Shown here in pieces: positions 50,811 to 60,972 of a stretch of DNA of 64,000 nucleotides. The notes under the pieces were generated by a model. That model did no database searches and was not told the origin of the DNA. It saw nothing but the letters and a program-made list of their open reading frames with translations. This DNA is from an uncultured archaeon. GTDB lineage: Archaea > Thermoproteota > Bathyarchaeia > Bathyarchaeales > Bathycorpusculaceae. Position 1 is the stretch's first letter, and every line of letters begins with the position of its first letter. The position numbers and the translations under genes are program-made. The DNA is taken from NCBI GenBank assembly GCA_963810275.1, contig CAWENF010000002.1, positions 64,001-128,000 of the forward strand, in the 5' to 3' direction.

Positions 50811-51215
50811 CTACTGGGTGAAGTAGTCTTTTAGCGGATTCCAGTAGAAGTCAAGCCAGCCTTCCGCTAGTTCGTCGGCTTTCTCCTTAGGCACATCCGA
50901 GTGAACCATGCAAAGTTCCGTTCCGCCAGACACCGCTTTAAAGGTCAACTCCAACCTTGAAGCGCTATAGCCCTCAACCCAGTCAGTGGTTGACCACTCC
51001 TGCACTACGCGCTGCCCATCTTCAAGCTCAAGGTACCTGCCAAATATGTAGCCATCCCAAGCCGTAAATTTGCCGCCCACAACAGGTTTGCCTTCGGCTT
51101 CACTGCCGGTGAATTCAGCCAGCTTTTTTGGGTCCACATAGGCGTCGTAGACCTGTTTAGGGGACGCTTTGGGAATTACGATCGTTTGTTTGATGGTTTT
51201 TAGTTGTTGCTTCAA
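50811..51215 (-). CDS. SRPBCC/AHSA1 domain protein
   Basis: ASPKQVYDAY, GGKFTAWDG, VVQEW, GWLDFYW. Confidence 0.88.
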   Translation of the reverse strand: MKQQLKTIKQTIVIPKASPKQVYDAYVDPKKLAEFTGSEAEGKPVVGGKFTAWDGYIFGRYLELEDGQRVVQEWSTTDWVEGYSASRLELTFKAVSGGTELCMVHSDVPKEKADELAEGWLDFYWNPLKDYFTQ

Positions 51216-51238
51216 TCTCTCACGCTAATAAGAGTGTA

Positions 51239-51493
51239 TTGTTGGAAGGGTTTTTAACCTTTAACGCCATTTCCACGTTTATGGGAAGATGTACAAGAAC
51301 CATCGGTGAACGTCGGTTGGGCAGAACCATCTATAAGCTGGGCAACAGTGTGGAGCTCAGCAGCAAAGAAGGAAAGGCCAAACTATCTGAGCAGAAGCTG
51401 CAAAAAGAAGTGCAGACAACTCAGGGCAATGCAGAAGATTCACCAATTGAGGATCTGCGTGACGCAGCAAAACGTCAGAAAAAAGACTCTTAG
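51239..51493 (+). CDS. Small basic hypothetical protein
   Basis: Likely ATG at 51281 (MGRCTRTIG...); no recognised motif. Confidence 0.35.
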   Translation: MLEGFLTFNAISTFMGRCTRTIGERRLGRTIYKLGNSVELSSKEGKAKLSEQKLQKEVQTTQGNAEDSPIEDLRDAAKRQKKDS

Positions 51494-51541
51494 CCGACTC
51501 TACAGTTTACAGCAACATTAAACAGCAGCCTAACCAATTTT

Positions 51542-51904
51542 ATGTTGGTGGATATTTTGTTTACAGAAAAACAATGGATTTTTCGCTATACTGATAAACG
51601 GTTAGTTACGATTAAAGCCAAAAGCGCTGATGTCCGCAAAATAGCGGTTTTAGATGTTCTCACAAAATTGACGTTTGCCGTTGAAGTACCGCAGGAAATT
51701 GATCTTGAGAGCCTCAAAACTGGAAAAGACTACATGTTTGACTTGAAAATTTATACTTCAAAAGATGTGGGGGGTGTAGAAGGGGAATTTGTTGCTTTCT
51801 TTGAAGCTGGCGACATAAACCAGAATATAGAGGATTTCATTAGAGCTTACTGGGTTTATCCAAAAAAAATCCGCTTTGACCTCGCCGAGGTAGAAGAAGC
51901 CTAA
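51542..51904 (+). CDS. Hypothetical protein, paralog A
   Basis: Full-length similarity to 52344-52699. Confidence 0.65.
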   Translation: MLVDILFTEKQWIFRYTDKRLVTIKAKSADVRKIAVLDVLTKLTFAVEVPQEIDLESLKTGKDYMFDLKIYTSKDVGGVEGEFVAFFEAGDINQNIEDFIRAYWVYPKKIRFDLAEVEEA

Positions 51905-52343
51905 CCGACGTTTATTTTGCAATGCATATATTGAATTAGCCTAATCCAGAATTGCCCAGCCTCATGATATCCGCAGTAAAAATAATCCCAATATCCCTAG
52001 CCAAAGAGTCCCAGCCAAGAAAATTGAAAATGCAAGCCAAGAAGGCATATGGCAAAGACAAACCACAACAGCGAAAGCATTCACAATGCACTCTGACCTT
52101 AGAGGGTAAACCTCTTGCACAGCTATAACTACGAACACATTTGTCAAAGGGCAGTTATACAAGTTAATTTTGAGCCAGAAGTTTATCTTTAATCTGTTTG
52201 GGTGATGTTAAAAAAACTCTTTTGACTGACCGCTAAAGGACTGATTGCAAAAAGCCTATCTTAAACCACCCTTCGCATTTTTATTTCTATATTTACCTTT
52301 AGAGTTTTTAAGTTGCAGAGCTAATATCTTCTTTAGTGATTTT

Positions 52344-52699
52344 ATGTCTACTTCTGAGAAGGATAGTAAATGGAATTTTAGGATTGTTGAGAACCGGCTC
52401 GTAACTGTTGAAACAATAAATAAGAAAACAAGAAAAATATCGGTTCAAGATTTCCAGACAAAGCTCGCGTTCATCGTGGATGCAACTACAGCAATCGAAC
52501 TAAAAGAAATCCTGCCAAAAAGACAATACCTATTTACAGTAAACGTTTACACCGCAAAGAACCTCGAAGATGTGGATGCTAATTTTATACCTTTATTTGA
52601 AGGCATAGAATTGACTATGAAACCGAAGACTTCATAAAAGCATTAAATGCTTACCCAACAAAAGTCCACTTTGAACTCGTCGAATTTACTGAACCATAA
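52344..52699 (+). CDS. Hypothetical protein, paralog B (frameshift near 52610)
   Basis: WNFRIVENRLVTV...VYTAKNL aligns with paralog A; the shifted frame EDFIKALNAYPTKVHFELVE matches EDFIRAYWVYPKKIRFDLAE. Confidence 0.6.
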
Positions 52700-52741
52700 A
52701 CTTTAACCAAAAATTTTCCCTTAATGCACGTCTTAATCGGG

Positions 52742-53647
52742 CTATCGCAAGACCATGTTGACGAATTTTTCAGGATCAAACAATTCAAGATCCTTATAGC
52801 TTTGACCCACACCAATAAACAAAATCGGTTTGTGCGTAACAAACGTCACACTCAACGCCGAACCGCCCTTTACATCAGCATCTACCTTAGTTAGGATGGT
52901 TGCATCAATACCTACGGCTTTGTTGAATTCTTCCGCCTGCATCACCGCATCGTTACCAATCAACGAGTCCACAGTAAAAACAACCAAGTCAGGTTTAACG
53001 ACACGTCTAACCTTGATAAGTTCATTCATGAGGTTACTATTATTTTGCATTCTACCCGCCGTATCAATCAAAACAACGTTTAAACCATGCGCCTTAGCAT
53101 GACTCACTGCATCGTAAGCAACCGCCGCTGGATCGCCACCGTAGGTGCTCTTAATAACGCGCACCCCAAGCCGTTTAGCATGTTCCTCAAGCTGCTCAAT
53201 AGAGCCCGCACGATACGTATCTGCACCCGCCAAAACAACGGAGTATCTTTTATCCTGAAAAAACTTGGCAACCTTAGCAATCGTTGTAGTTTTGCCTGTG
53301 CCGTTTATGCCCACAAACATCAAAATGAGAGGCTCTTTCTTTTTACGTTTCTCCTCTGCCTTTTGCAACAAATCAATACGTACATCAGTCAACATGACAT
53401 CAAGCAAAACTTGACGAAGGTTTTCATCCACAACTTTCGTGCGGTCCTCAAGCCTTTTAACTTGAACACCCGAAAGCCGCTCTACAAGATCATCACAGAT
53501 TTTATCCGCAACAGGGAAAGCCACATCATTTTCCGCTAAACTCATTTTAAAATCGGACAAAATTGAGGTTAAATTTTCAGCTTTAAGCTCAGTTGTGGTT
53601 ACTTTGGTTACTAAACCTTTGAAACCTGACTTGAGCTTCTCAAACAT
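52742..53647 (-). CDS. ftsY: SRP receptor FtsY
   Basis: GINGTGKTTT, DTYRAG, DTAGR, TKVD, GGSALS. Confidence 0.97.
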   Translation of the reverse strand: MFEKLKSGFKGLVTKVTTTELKAENLTSILSDFKMSLAENDVAFPVADKICDDLVERLSGVQVKRLEDRTKVVDENLRQVLLDVMLTDVRIDLLQKAEEKRKKKEPLILMFVGINGTGKTTTIAKVAKFFQDKRYSVVLAGADTYRAGSIEQLEEHAKRLGVRVIKSTYGGDPAAVAYDAVSHAKAHGLNVVLIDTAGRMQNNSNLMNELIKVRRVVKPDLVVFTVDSLIGNDAVMQAEEFNKAVGIDATILTKVDADVKGGSALSVTFVTHKPILFIGVGQSYKDLELFDPEKFVNMVLR

Positions 53648-53658
53648 CGCCCATCGCT

Positions 53659-54120
53659 CTAATGCGTATGTTGACCTTGACGGGCCTGCGATAACATTGA
53701 CTCAAGCCTACTGCGACCGCTGTTTATACGCTCGGCAACTTGGCTGAACTGCTGCTGAGCACTGGCCATGGTTTTTTCAAGCTCATCAAGACGTTCCTTT
53801 AGATCAGCTTTAGCATCTGCAATAGTTTTCTCCACCGAAACACCAGAACCTATGCCCACAATGACATTTACTTGGTCAGCAAGTTTAACTTTGACGTATG
53901 AGCTTCCGCCAATTGGAACCAGCATCTCGTCTTTTTCTTTTTGTTTTTCTATGCCATCAAGGGTTGCGTTGGCGTAGGTAACATCGGTTATAGCTGCGTT
54001 AACCATACTAATACGCTGCTGCAACGCTTCCGCTGTCTGTTCTAGGTAACGCATTTCCATGCTGAGTTTGCGAAGTTCATCTTCAGCTGGAGCTCTTTGA
54101 GTCAAATTATACTTCTCCAA
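53659..54120 (-). CDS. pfdA: Prefoldin alpha subunit
   Basis: Coiled coils around MLVPIGGSSYV...VIVGIGSGVSVEK. Confidence 0.95.
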   Translation of the reverse strand: MEKYNLTQRAPAEDELRKLSMEMRYLEQTAEALQQRISMVNAAITDVTYANATLDGIEKQKEKDEMLVPIGGSSYVKVKLADQVNVIVGIGSGVSVEKTIADAKADLKERLDELEKTMASAQQQFSQVAERINSGRSRLESMLSQARQGQHTH

Positions 54121-54337
54121 TTAGTAGTTTCTTTAAAATCGGATTTTCAACTTCATCAGCCGTAACTTCTTTGGCACTTGTAATTTTGATGTGGTAGCGG
54201 CGTACACGGTGTCTGCTGCCGAGTTCGGCGTAGACTTTCTCAACTGCGTGTTCGCATTTGTCAGCCAAGATTTCACGTGCAAATGAAGTTTTAAGTTCAG
54301 GCTTGTTGATTTCACCAGTTACTTTGAAAGCTTTCAT
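54107..54337 (-). CDS. rpl18a: 50S ribosomal protein L18a (LX)
   Basis: HAVEKVYAELGSRHRVRR. Confidence 0.93.
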   Translation of the reverse strand: MKAFKVTGEINKPELKTSFAREILADKCEHAVEKVYAELGSRHRVRRYHIKITSAKEVTADEVENPILKKLLIGEV

Positions 54338-55020
54338 TGATTATTCTCTTCCTGCACAACATCCAGTGCATTCCCAATTATAAACATCTCGGGTCCTGTT
54401 GTCATAGAACCAGCTACAGCTGCGTTACTATTACCAATTAACCCTGTTCCAACATAGGGTATACCGCAGTTAATTGTGCCCACATCAACTGGAACTTTAA
54501 AAACGGATTCAAGGATTTTCTTTTCTTCGTCTTTAAGCATTGGGTGAACCAGTAGACCCTTGTTGGTTGCAACTGCTAAAGAACCTACATAGGGCAGAGT
54601 CGCGATTTCGGATGGCACCACCTCAACACCTAGCGTGTCTTGGATTTTTTTGATTTCGGTTGATTTGAAGCGAGGATCCACTATAGCGCCTTTGTCGTTT
54701 GTTAGGACTAGGTTACCGTAGGCGGTTTTTTTTGTTTCCATGACGGTGATGTTGCCTTCAAATTGGGTTTTTATGCGCTCAAGCTCCTCACCACGAATTG
54801 AGCTGGGAACTAGCATGCCACTACTGTTTGCGCAGGCTAAGGCGCCAATGAGAACGGAGCCAGCGATGGAGGTGTAAATCAGGTCCGTTTTGAGCCAGTT
54901 AGCGAATTCTTGGGCCTTTTCATGTGGCACCATGACGGGAATGACTACTACATTTTCGGTTGCCAGTGAGTAGACCCCGATGCTTGGGCTTCCAACGATG
55001 CTTGATAAGTAAACAGTCAA
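54334..55020 (-). CDS. eif6: Translation initiation factor aIF6
   Basis: IGVYS, GSVLIG, GNLVLTND, GTINCG, GSMTTGPE. Confidence 0.95.
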   Translation of the reverse strand: MTVYLSSIVGSPSIGVYSLATENVVVIPVMVPHEKAQEFANWLKTDLIYTSIAGSVLIGALACANSSGMLVPSSIRGEELERIKTQFEGNITVMETKKTAYGNLVLTNDKGAIVDPRFKSTEIKKIQDTLGVEVVPSEIATLPYVGSLAVATNKGLLVHPMLKDEEKKILESVFKVPVDVGTINCGIPYVGTGLIGNSNAAVAGSMTTGPEMFIIGNALDVVQEENNQ

Positions 55021-55124
55021 GAACAGTAACTCCTAATTTGTTTTAAACGGAAATGTCATTATTCTACCTATTTTAAATTTTGGTAAAGATACAATACAAG
55101 ATTTAAAAATGAAAAGTTATGGGT

Positions 55125-55598
55125 TTACTGGTTTTCAGCCAAGTAAACAAACACGTTACCATCTTTATCTTTGGTAACACGCGTCTTGATTTTGCGTGGA
55201 GGCTTCTCGATCCCTCGGCTCCAAACCTTCTCGTTGACTTCTGGGCTTACGATAAGTTGTGGAAGCTCTTCAGCTTCGTCTTCCTCGGAGACTTTTACAT
55301 TAAGCTTCATGTGCTTGGTAACAAAAACTTTAATAAGTGACATCGCTCGTGGAGCACGCTTTTTCGGTGGGCGAACCAAAGCTTTCTGGAGAGGTATAGT
55401 GTAGAATCGTTCCTCAACAAATTCTTCTTCTTTCTTTTTGCGTTGTTTCTTTTCCGCTACTTCTTTTTGATCTTCTTCTTTTGCGGGTGCTTCGATTTCT
55501 GTAGTTACTTCTGTTGTTTGAGCCTCTTCTGGAACTTCTTCCAAGATTTCATCTTGTTCGGTTGCTGTAAGTTGTTCTTGGTTTGTTTCTTTTGCCAT
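55125..55598 (-). CDS. rpl31e: 50S ribosomal protein L31e with acidic N-terminal extension
   Basis: ERFYTIPL...KRAPRA...VNEKVWSRGIEKPPRKI. Confidence 0.95.
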   Translation of the reverse strand: MAKETNQEQLTATEQDEILEEVPEEAQTTEVTTEIEAPAKEEDQKEVAEKKQRKKKEEEFVEERFYTIPLQKALVRPPKKRAPRAMSLIKVFVTKHMKLNVKVSEEDEAEELPQLIVSPEVNEKVWSRGIEKPPRKIKTRVTKDKDGNVFVYLAENQ

Positions 55599-55614
55599 TT
55601 TGTTTTGGTTTCTC

Positions 55615-55773
55615 CTATGCCTTTATTTTGCGGGTTCGCCAGTTGCGTCGCGACTTAGGACTCGTTCGAACTTTTCCGTCTGTTCGTGAGATTACCCATG
55701 TTGGAACGGACTGTGCTTCTCTGCCAGCTTTGGCTAGTCTAAGTTTTTTCGCGGTTGGTTTTACTCTCGCCAT
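55615..55773 (-). CDS. rpl39e: 50S ribosomal protein L39e
   Basis: Manual translation [52 protein letters not shown]; syntenic; not in the ORF track. Confidence 0.95.
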   Translation of the reverse strand: MARVKPTAKKLRLAKAGREAQSVPTWVISRTDGKVRTSPKSRRNWRTRKIKA

Positions 55774-55780
55774 CGTTTTT

Positions 55781-56116
55781 TCATATCCTTGTGATTTTTG
55801 TCTCTCGCTTCCTTGATTGGAGCTGAATTAGGATTGATTTGAGCTGCGCGTCTGAAAGGGGAATTGGCAATCTGCCGGCTTGCGCCATTTCGATGAGTTG
55901 TAGCTCCATGTGTTCAGCAAATTCTTTTTTAACCATCTTGAGGTTGGTTAATCTTTGCCGGGCTTCAGGCGTCAAGATTTTTGCTAGTAGCGCCTGTTTT
56001 TGTTGTTCGATTTGTTGTTCTGCTTGAGCTTGTCTTTGTTCGTCGCTCATTTGAGCGCGGTTTTGCATAGACAAAAGTTTTCGTTTGCGTATTTGCTCAA
56101 GCTCGTCATCTGACAT
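55781..56116 (-). CDS. PDCD5-like dsDNA-binding protein
   Basis: [13 protein letters not shown]...[17 protein letters not shown]; true ATG at 56116. Confidence 0.93.
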   Translation of the reverse strand: MSDDELEQIRKRKLLSMQNRAQMSDEQRQAQAEQQIEQQKQALLAKILTPEARQRLTNLKMVKKEFAEHMELQLIEMAQAGRLPIPLSDAQLKSILIQLQSRKRETKITRI

Positions 56117-56121
56117 TGTAC

Positions 56122-56586
56122 CTATTCGCCTTGATACTTCTTGAGTTCTGGGATGGTTTTTACTAGCTCTTTTGCTAGGTCTCCTGCGACTTCCTGCATC
56201 ATTTTTCGTCCTTTGGGTGTCATGACTCTGCCTTTTGGTCGTGTAATTTGAACTATACCTGCGTTTTCTAGTTGTTGGAGTATGGTGCGTATGCCGTTTC
56301 CGCCTGCTTTGCACGCGTGGTTTTTTTGGACACCGTTGTTTTTGCGTCCGCCGTAGTCGCTGCGGAGGTTTTCTAGGCCGATTGGTCCGTGTATATAGAC
56401 TTTGCGCAGTATGCTTGCGCTTCTTGTGTACCACCAGTTGGGGTTTTGGGGTTGTTTTTCGACGTGGGTGCCTGTTTTGGCAAATGTTGCCCATGCTGGG
56501 GGTTGGACTTGGTCTATGTTTTCCCTTAGGTACTTTGCTAATCGGTCGATGTATTTTTGTGCTGGAACGTCGTGAGGAGTCGTCAA
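56122..56586 (-). CDS. rps19e: 30S ribosomal protein S19e
   Basis: PAWATFAKTG, WWYTRSASILRK, YGGRK, LQQLE..G; probable TTG start at 56586. Confidence 0.96.
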   Translation of the reverse strand: MTTPHDVPAQKYIDRLAKYLRENIDQVQPPAWATFAKTGTHVEKQPQNPNWWYTRSASILRKVYIHGPIGLENLRSDYGGRKNNGVQKNHACKAGGNGIRTILQQLENAGIVQITRPKGRVMTPKGRKMMQEVAGDLAKELVKTIPELKKYQGE

Positions 56587-56650
56587 AGATGCTCTATCCT
56601 TTTGGTTTTTCCTTGCACTACAACAATGAAGACCCATATAAATATGTCTC

Positions 56651-56890
56651 TGGTGGTGTAGGTGTAGTTTGGTGTTGATTAGAGTGTTTGTTTGGTTGGT
56701 GTAGGTTATGTTGGTGTTGGTTTAGGTGGGTTTTGTGTGGGGGTAGACGGATTTTGGGGGTGTTTGGTGGTGTTGTTTTTTTGGTTTTTGTTGTGGTTGT
56801 GGTGGTTTTCTTTTTTGGAGTAGGATGGTTTTTGTAGTGCTGTGTTGGGTGGGTTGATTGTGGGTTGTGGCTGTGATTTTGTGTTGTGTC
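56651..56890. repeat. Extreme G+T low-complexity tract
   Basis: Hand count over 240 nt: 17 A and 5 C (about 91% G+T); no fixed repeat unit; several GGG+ runs. Confidence 0.85.
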
Positions 56891-56992
56891 GTTAAGTTGG
56901 TTCTTTTTATATTATATGGACAAGTTGTTCATTGTTCATATAAAGTATTTCTCCACACATAGCTAAGAGCAAAAAAATATAATTGAGGAAAA

Positions 56993-59526
56993 ATGATAAA
57001 AATGAACACAAAAAAATTAGCTACCATAACCATCGCTTTGTTTTTAGCGATATCAATGACGCTCTCAATAATACCCTTAACCGTAACTGCACAAGACACC
57101 CCACAGCAAGTTGATTCATGGCCCTTCATAAACGCTATACCTAACCCTGCCCAAGTTGGCACCACGGTTCTTCTTCACGTTGGATCGCTTTGGCCCATTG
57201 GGACTGTTGATAGTGGTTGGGAAGGACTGACCGTAACAATCACCAAGCCTGACAACACGACAACAACTTTAGGTCCAATCAGAACAGACTCAACCGGCGG
57301 CACAGGTGCTTCCTTTATACCTGACATGGTAGGCACATACAAGCTACAGACACACTTCCCACAGCAGCAAGCACCAGTCATGGCTGGAGGCTTTTTTGAA
57401 GCTAACCCTCCTTCGAATGCCACAATGCTAGCTGGCGATAGTGATGTTTTGGAGTTGATAGTGCAAGAAGAACCCATCATGCATTATCCAGATCAGCCTC
57501 TGCCCACAGAGTACTGGAGTCGCCCCATAAATGATCAGCTTTGGTCTTGGGCTTCAATTGCAGGGAACTGGTTTGGTGACCAGGTTTCAATGGATGCATC
57601 TCCTCCGGCGCAGACACTCTACAAAGACTACAATGCTTTTGCACCTGAGACTGGCCACGTTTTGTGGACTAAACCCATAACTATGGGCGGTATCTCTGGT
57701 GGAATGACTGGCTATCAAGGCTTTGATCAGGGCGATGCTTATGAACCTAAATGGACAGGCGCTGTAATCATTGGCGGTAAAGTTTTCTATAACCAGTTTG
57801 AGACAACTGGCTCAGAGACTGGATTGTACCGATCAGTTGTTGCTGTTGACTTGCACACTGGCGAAGAACTTTGGAATAAACAACTGCTAGATCTGGATGG
57901 AAATAACCAGAACCTAGATTTTGGTCAAGCGGTTTATTTCCCTGGATTTAACCAGCACGGCGTATTTGATTACTTGTGGACTACCTCTGGCAGCACATGG
58001 AATGCATATGATCCTATAACTGGACGCTGGACATACACAATGCAGGGTGTGCCTAGCGGGACTAGAATGTATGGTCCAAACGGTGAAATCTTCATATACA
58101 CTGTTGATCAGCGCAATGGTTGGATGACGATGTGGAATTCTTCGGCTGTTGTGGCGCCAAGCTCTGGTGCGGTTGCTCAGGGCAGCTTTAACCCTCAAGG
58201 CCAAGTGTATAGCGCTTCGCAGACTGCAAATGGAATTGAGTGGAACGTAACCATACCCCTTGGATTACCCGGAAGCGTGGATAAAGTTCGCGAAGGAATA
58301 ATCTTGGGCTCAAACATTGACAAGTACACTCGCTCAGACGACACTGCTGCATTTTGGGCATTAAGTACTGAAGAAAACCGTGAAGGAACACTTGCTGTAC
58401 AACAAGACTTGGACATTACCCAATAGTCCAGGACACTATGACATTCAAGATGCAGACACCGAATCTAATGTCTTTGTTGTTTCCGATGCAGAAAGCAGAA
58501 CTTACTATGGGTTTGAACTTAGCACTGGCAAACAACTTTGGGGACCAACCGAGCCACAACACTACACTGATAAATGGGGCTTAGCCTCAAGCAACAGCTG
58601 GGACAACATTGCATATGGCAAATTCATTTCAGGAAACTATGGCGGCACTGTTTACTGCCGTGACGTTACTACCGGGCAAACGCTTTGGACGTACACCATA
58701 ACCGACATCTACCATGAAAACCTGCAGAACAACGAATGGCGCTTCAGACCAGCATTCTTTGCAGACGGAAAAGTCTACCTTGAAAACACAGAGCACAACC
58801 CATATGACCCACAGCACCGCGGTGCTCCGTTTCTGTGTCTTGATATGGAAACTGGAGAGCGAGTGTTTGAGATACCGTTGCGTGGAAGTGAGTGGAGCTC
58901 AACACCAATCATCGGCGACAGCATCATTGCAATGTACAACGAATACGACCAACAAATCTATGCTATAGGCAAAGGTCCAAGCGACATAACAGTTGGTGTC
59001 TCACCTGAAGTTTCAATGAATGGCAACGCATATCCTAGTGAAGGGATATGTTACTGACATTTCTCCAGGCACAAGCGACTACCGATTGACCTCACGCTTC
59101 CCCAATGGCGTTCCTGCAGTAGCTGATGGCAACATGAGTGAATGGATGACTTATGTCTACAACCAGTTTGAGCGTCCATCTGATGTTATGGGCGTGGAGG
59201 TTGTCATAAGCGTTCTTGACCCCAACAACAACATGTACGAAGTCGGCAGAACAACAAGTGACTCAACAGGTCTATACAGCTTGATGTTCACTCCAGAAGT
59301 CTCAGGAAAATACACTGTAATCGCATCCTTCGAAGGTTCTGAATCTTACTATGGATCTAATGCTCAAACTGCTTGCGGAGTCTCAGATCCAGCTGCTACA
59401 CCTGCACCACAAACCACCGAAGACACACATCTAGCGATCTGTATCATGTACGTCGTCGGCTTTGGTGTTGCAATCATTGTTGCAATAGCAATCGCTACCG
59501 TCTTGATCATAAAGAAGCGACCTTAA
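56993..59526 (+). CDS. Large PQQ-like beta-propeller surface protein, split by at least 2 frameshifts
   Basis: ORFs 56993-58426, 58380-59057 and 59020-59526: signal peptide, PLPTEYWSRPI, DLHTGEELW/TGKQLW blades, RFPNGVPAV, C-terminal TM with KKRP. Confidence 0.87.
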
Positions 59527-59792
59527 GGGTTTAGAAATCTAAACTCTCCTTTTTTATTTTTTTTTTGATTTGGTTTTGTATTTTTTGTGTTTTCTGTTTA
59601 TTTTGCGAAATGTTGTTTTTGCGCTGATTTATGGAAGTTGGGTGAAAATGTTGGTTAGTCTCAGGTTTGAGATTAATATTATAGCTGTGAAATTATTCAA
59701 ACTATCGAGCGGTTTGTTACAGTTGATTAGCTACCACATTTGCTTTTATGCTTGTTTGGGCTTTGTTGTAGTACGCAAGGGATAGCCAACAA

Positions 59793-59880
59793 GTTAGGCG
59801 GGTTCGGCTGTTAGCAAGGGAGAAGGTTCGCCAGTATTTTTAGCTTCTGCTTTGCTATCGCAGGGCTAAATCCGCTTAGC
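59793..59880. other. Long imperfect intergenic hairpin
   Basis: GTTAGGCGGGTTCGGCT pairs with GGCTAAATCCGCTTAGC (several G-T pairs); inner TAGCAAGG/CTTTGCTA. Confidence 0.5.
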
Positions 59881-60006
59881 CATAATTTTTTGCCCTAATT
59901 ATTAGTTAGTTTGCAGCGTATTGGATGATATTTAGAAAGCTAATAGTCATAGATTTTTTTTGGGTTTTTGGCCCTAAATCGCCATATCGGCTAAATATGA
60001 TGCTGT

Positions 60007-60105
60007 AAAAAGTTGTTTGGAAGAGAGAAATAATTGGTCTAAGCGCAGGCAAAAGGAAATTAGGAAGAGAGAGGGAATTACCTGCGCCTAAACCAACTTC
60101 TCACT
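60007..60105 (-). ncRNA. Candidate small RNA: 16-bp stem with CU-rich loop
   Basis: Arms 60034-60049 and 60081-60096; both mismatches become G-U on the minus strand; TTTATTA box about 25 nt upstream and a T-run downstream on the minus strand. Confidence 0.5.
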
Positions 60106-60280
60106 TAGATACATTATTTGTTTTTGAATAATAAATAGTAATGTGACTGCATTAATACAGCAACAAAATTTTGTTTTCGTCTTGAAAATTGTGTTTTGTC
60201 TTATTTTAGTGGCAACATCTAAGGTAAATATGGTTGGGTAGGAGCAGTTTGACTTTTATTTTGGGGGGTTAAAAATTAGA

Positions 60281-60384
60281 GTTCGGCTGATCTGACCGTG
60301 TGGTCGGAAAAGAAGCTTGAAAATTTGGGAAGAGAGTGGGAATTTTTTTGGGGGCTTCTTTTCTTCCAGTCGGATTAGTCGAAC
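60281..60384. ncRNA. Second hairpin carrying the same loop motif
   Basis: Outer arms 60281-60296/60369-60384, perfect inner 10-bp stem 60307-60316/60354-60363, loop contains GGAAGAGAGTGGGAATT. Confidence 0.45.
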
Positions 60385-60613
60385 ATTTCGGCACATCTTG
60401 TTATGTGTGGCTTTAGTAGAAAAAACATTGTAGTAACATTGTGTTACAACAAACTGTTACATCGGAAATAAAGGTGTCTGTTTAGTGTTCTTAAATGGAG
60501 CAACAGTTGGTAAGCAGGCGCTTTTTTCTGTTGGGTTGTAAAGTTGTGGCTTCAAGGTGCAACACTGCAGGCTTAACTATCGCCAAATGGTTTAAGGGAA
60601 TAGGGTTAAGGAA

Positions 60614-60904
60614 ATGATTTCAGCTTTGATGTTGCTAAATACTGATATTAGCGCTGCTCAAGGTGGCATTTTAGAGAGCATTAAGCAGGTTGAGGGCGTA
60701 CAAGAGGCGCATGCCCTGTTTGGTGTCTATGATTTTTTGGTTAAAGTTAAAGCTGTCTCGATTGATGAATTGAAAAACATCGCTAAAGCGCACATAAGGC
60801 GGGTGGCGGGTGTAAATAGTTCTTTTACGCTTATGATCGATGACCACAAGGATGAAGCTAACATATCGGTATTTCCAGAGTTGGGATCTGACTTGCAAGA
60901 GTAA
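60614..60904 (+). CDS. Stand-alone Lrp/AsnC ligand-binding (RAM) domain protein
   Basis: VEGVQEAHALFGVYDFLVKV...IRRVAGV; no HTH. Confidence 0.85.
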   Translation: MISALMLLNTDISAAQGGILESIKQVEGVQEAHALFGVYDFLVKVKAVSIDELKNIAKAHIRRVAGVNSSFTLMIDDHKDEANISVFPELGSDLQE

Positions 60905-60972
60905 AGTTGGTACAATCAAGCAACCACATAGGTTTAAGTAAATAATTAACCAGCTATTTTTGAGGAAAAACT

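Noticed and set aside
55781-56494. 237-aa ORF as a long PDCD5 fusion
   Set aside because: The N-terminal part is an alternative frame over rps19e, kept open by the A/C-rich minus strand; the real gene starts at 56116.
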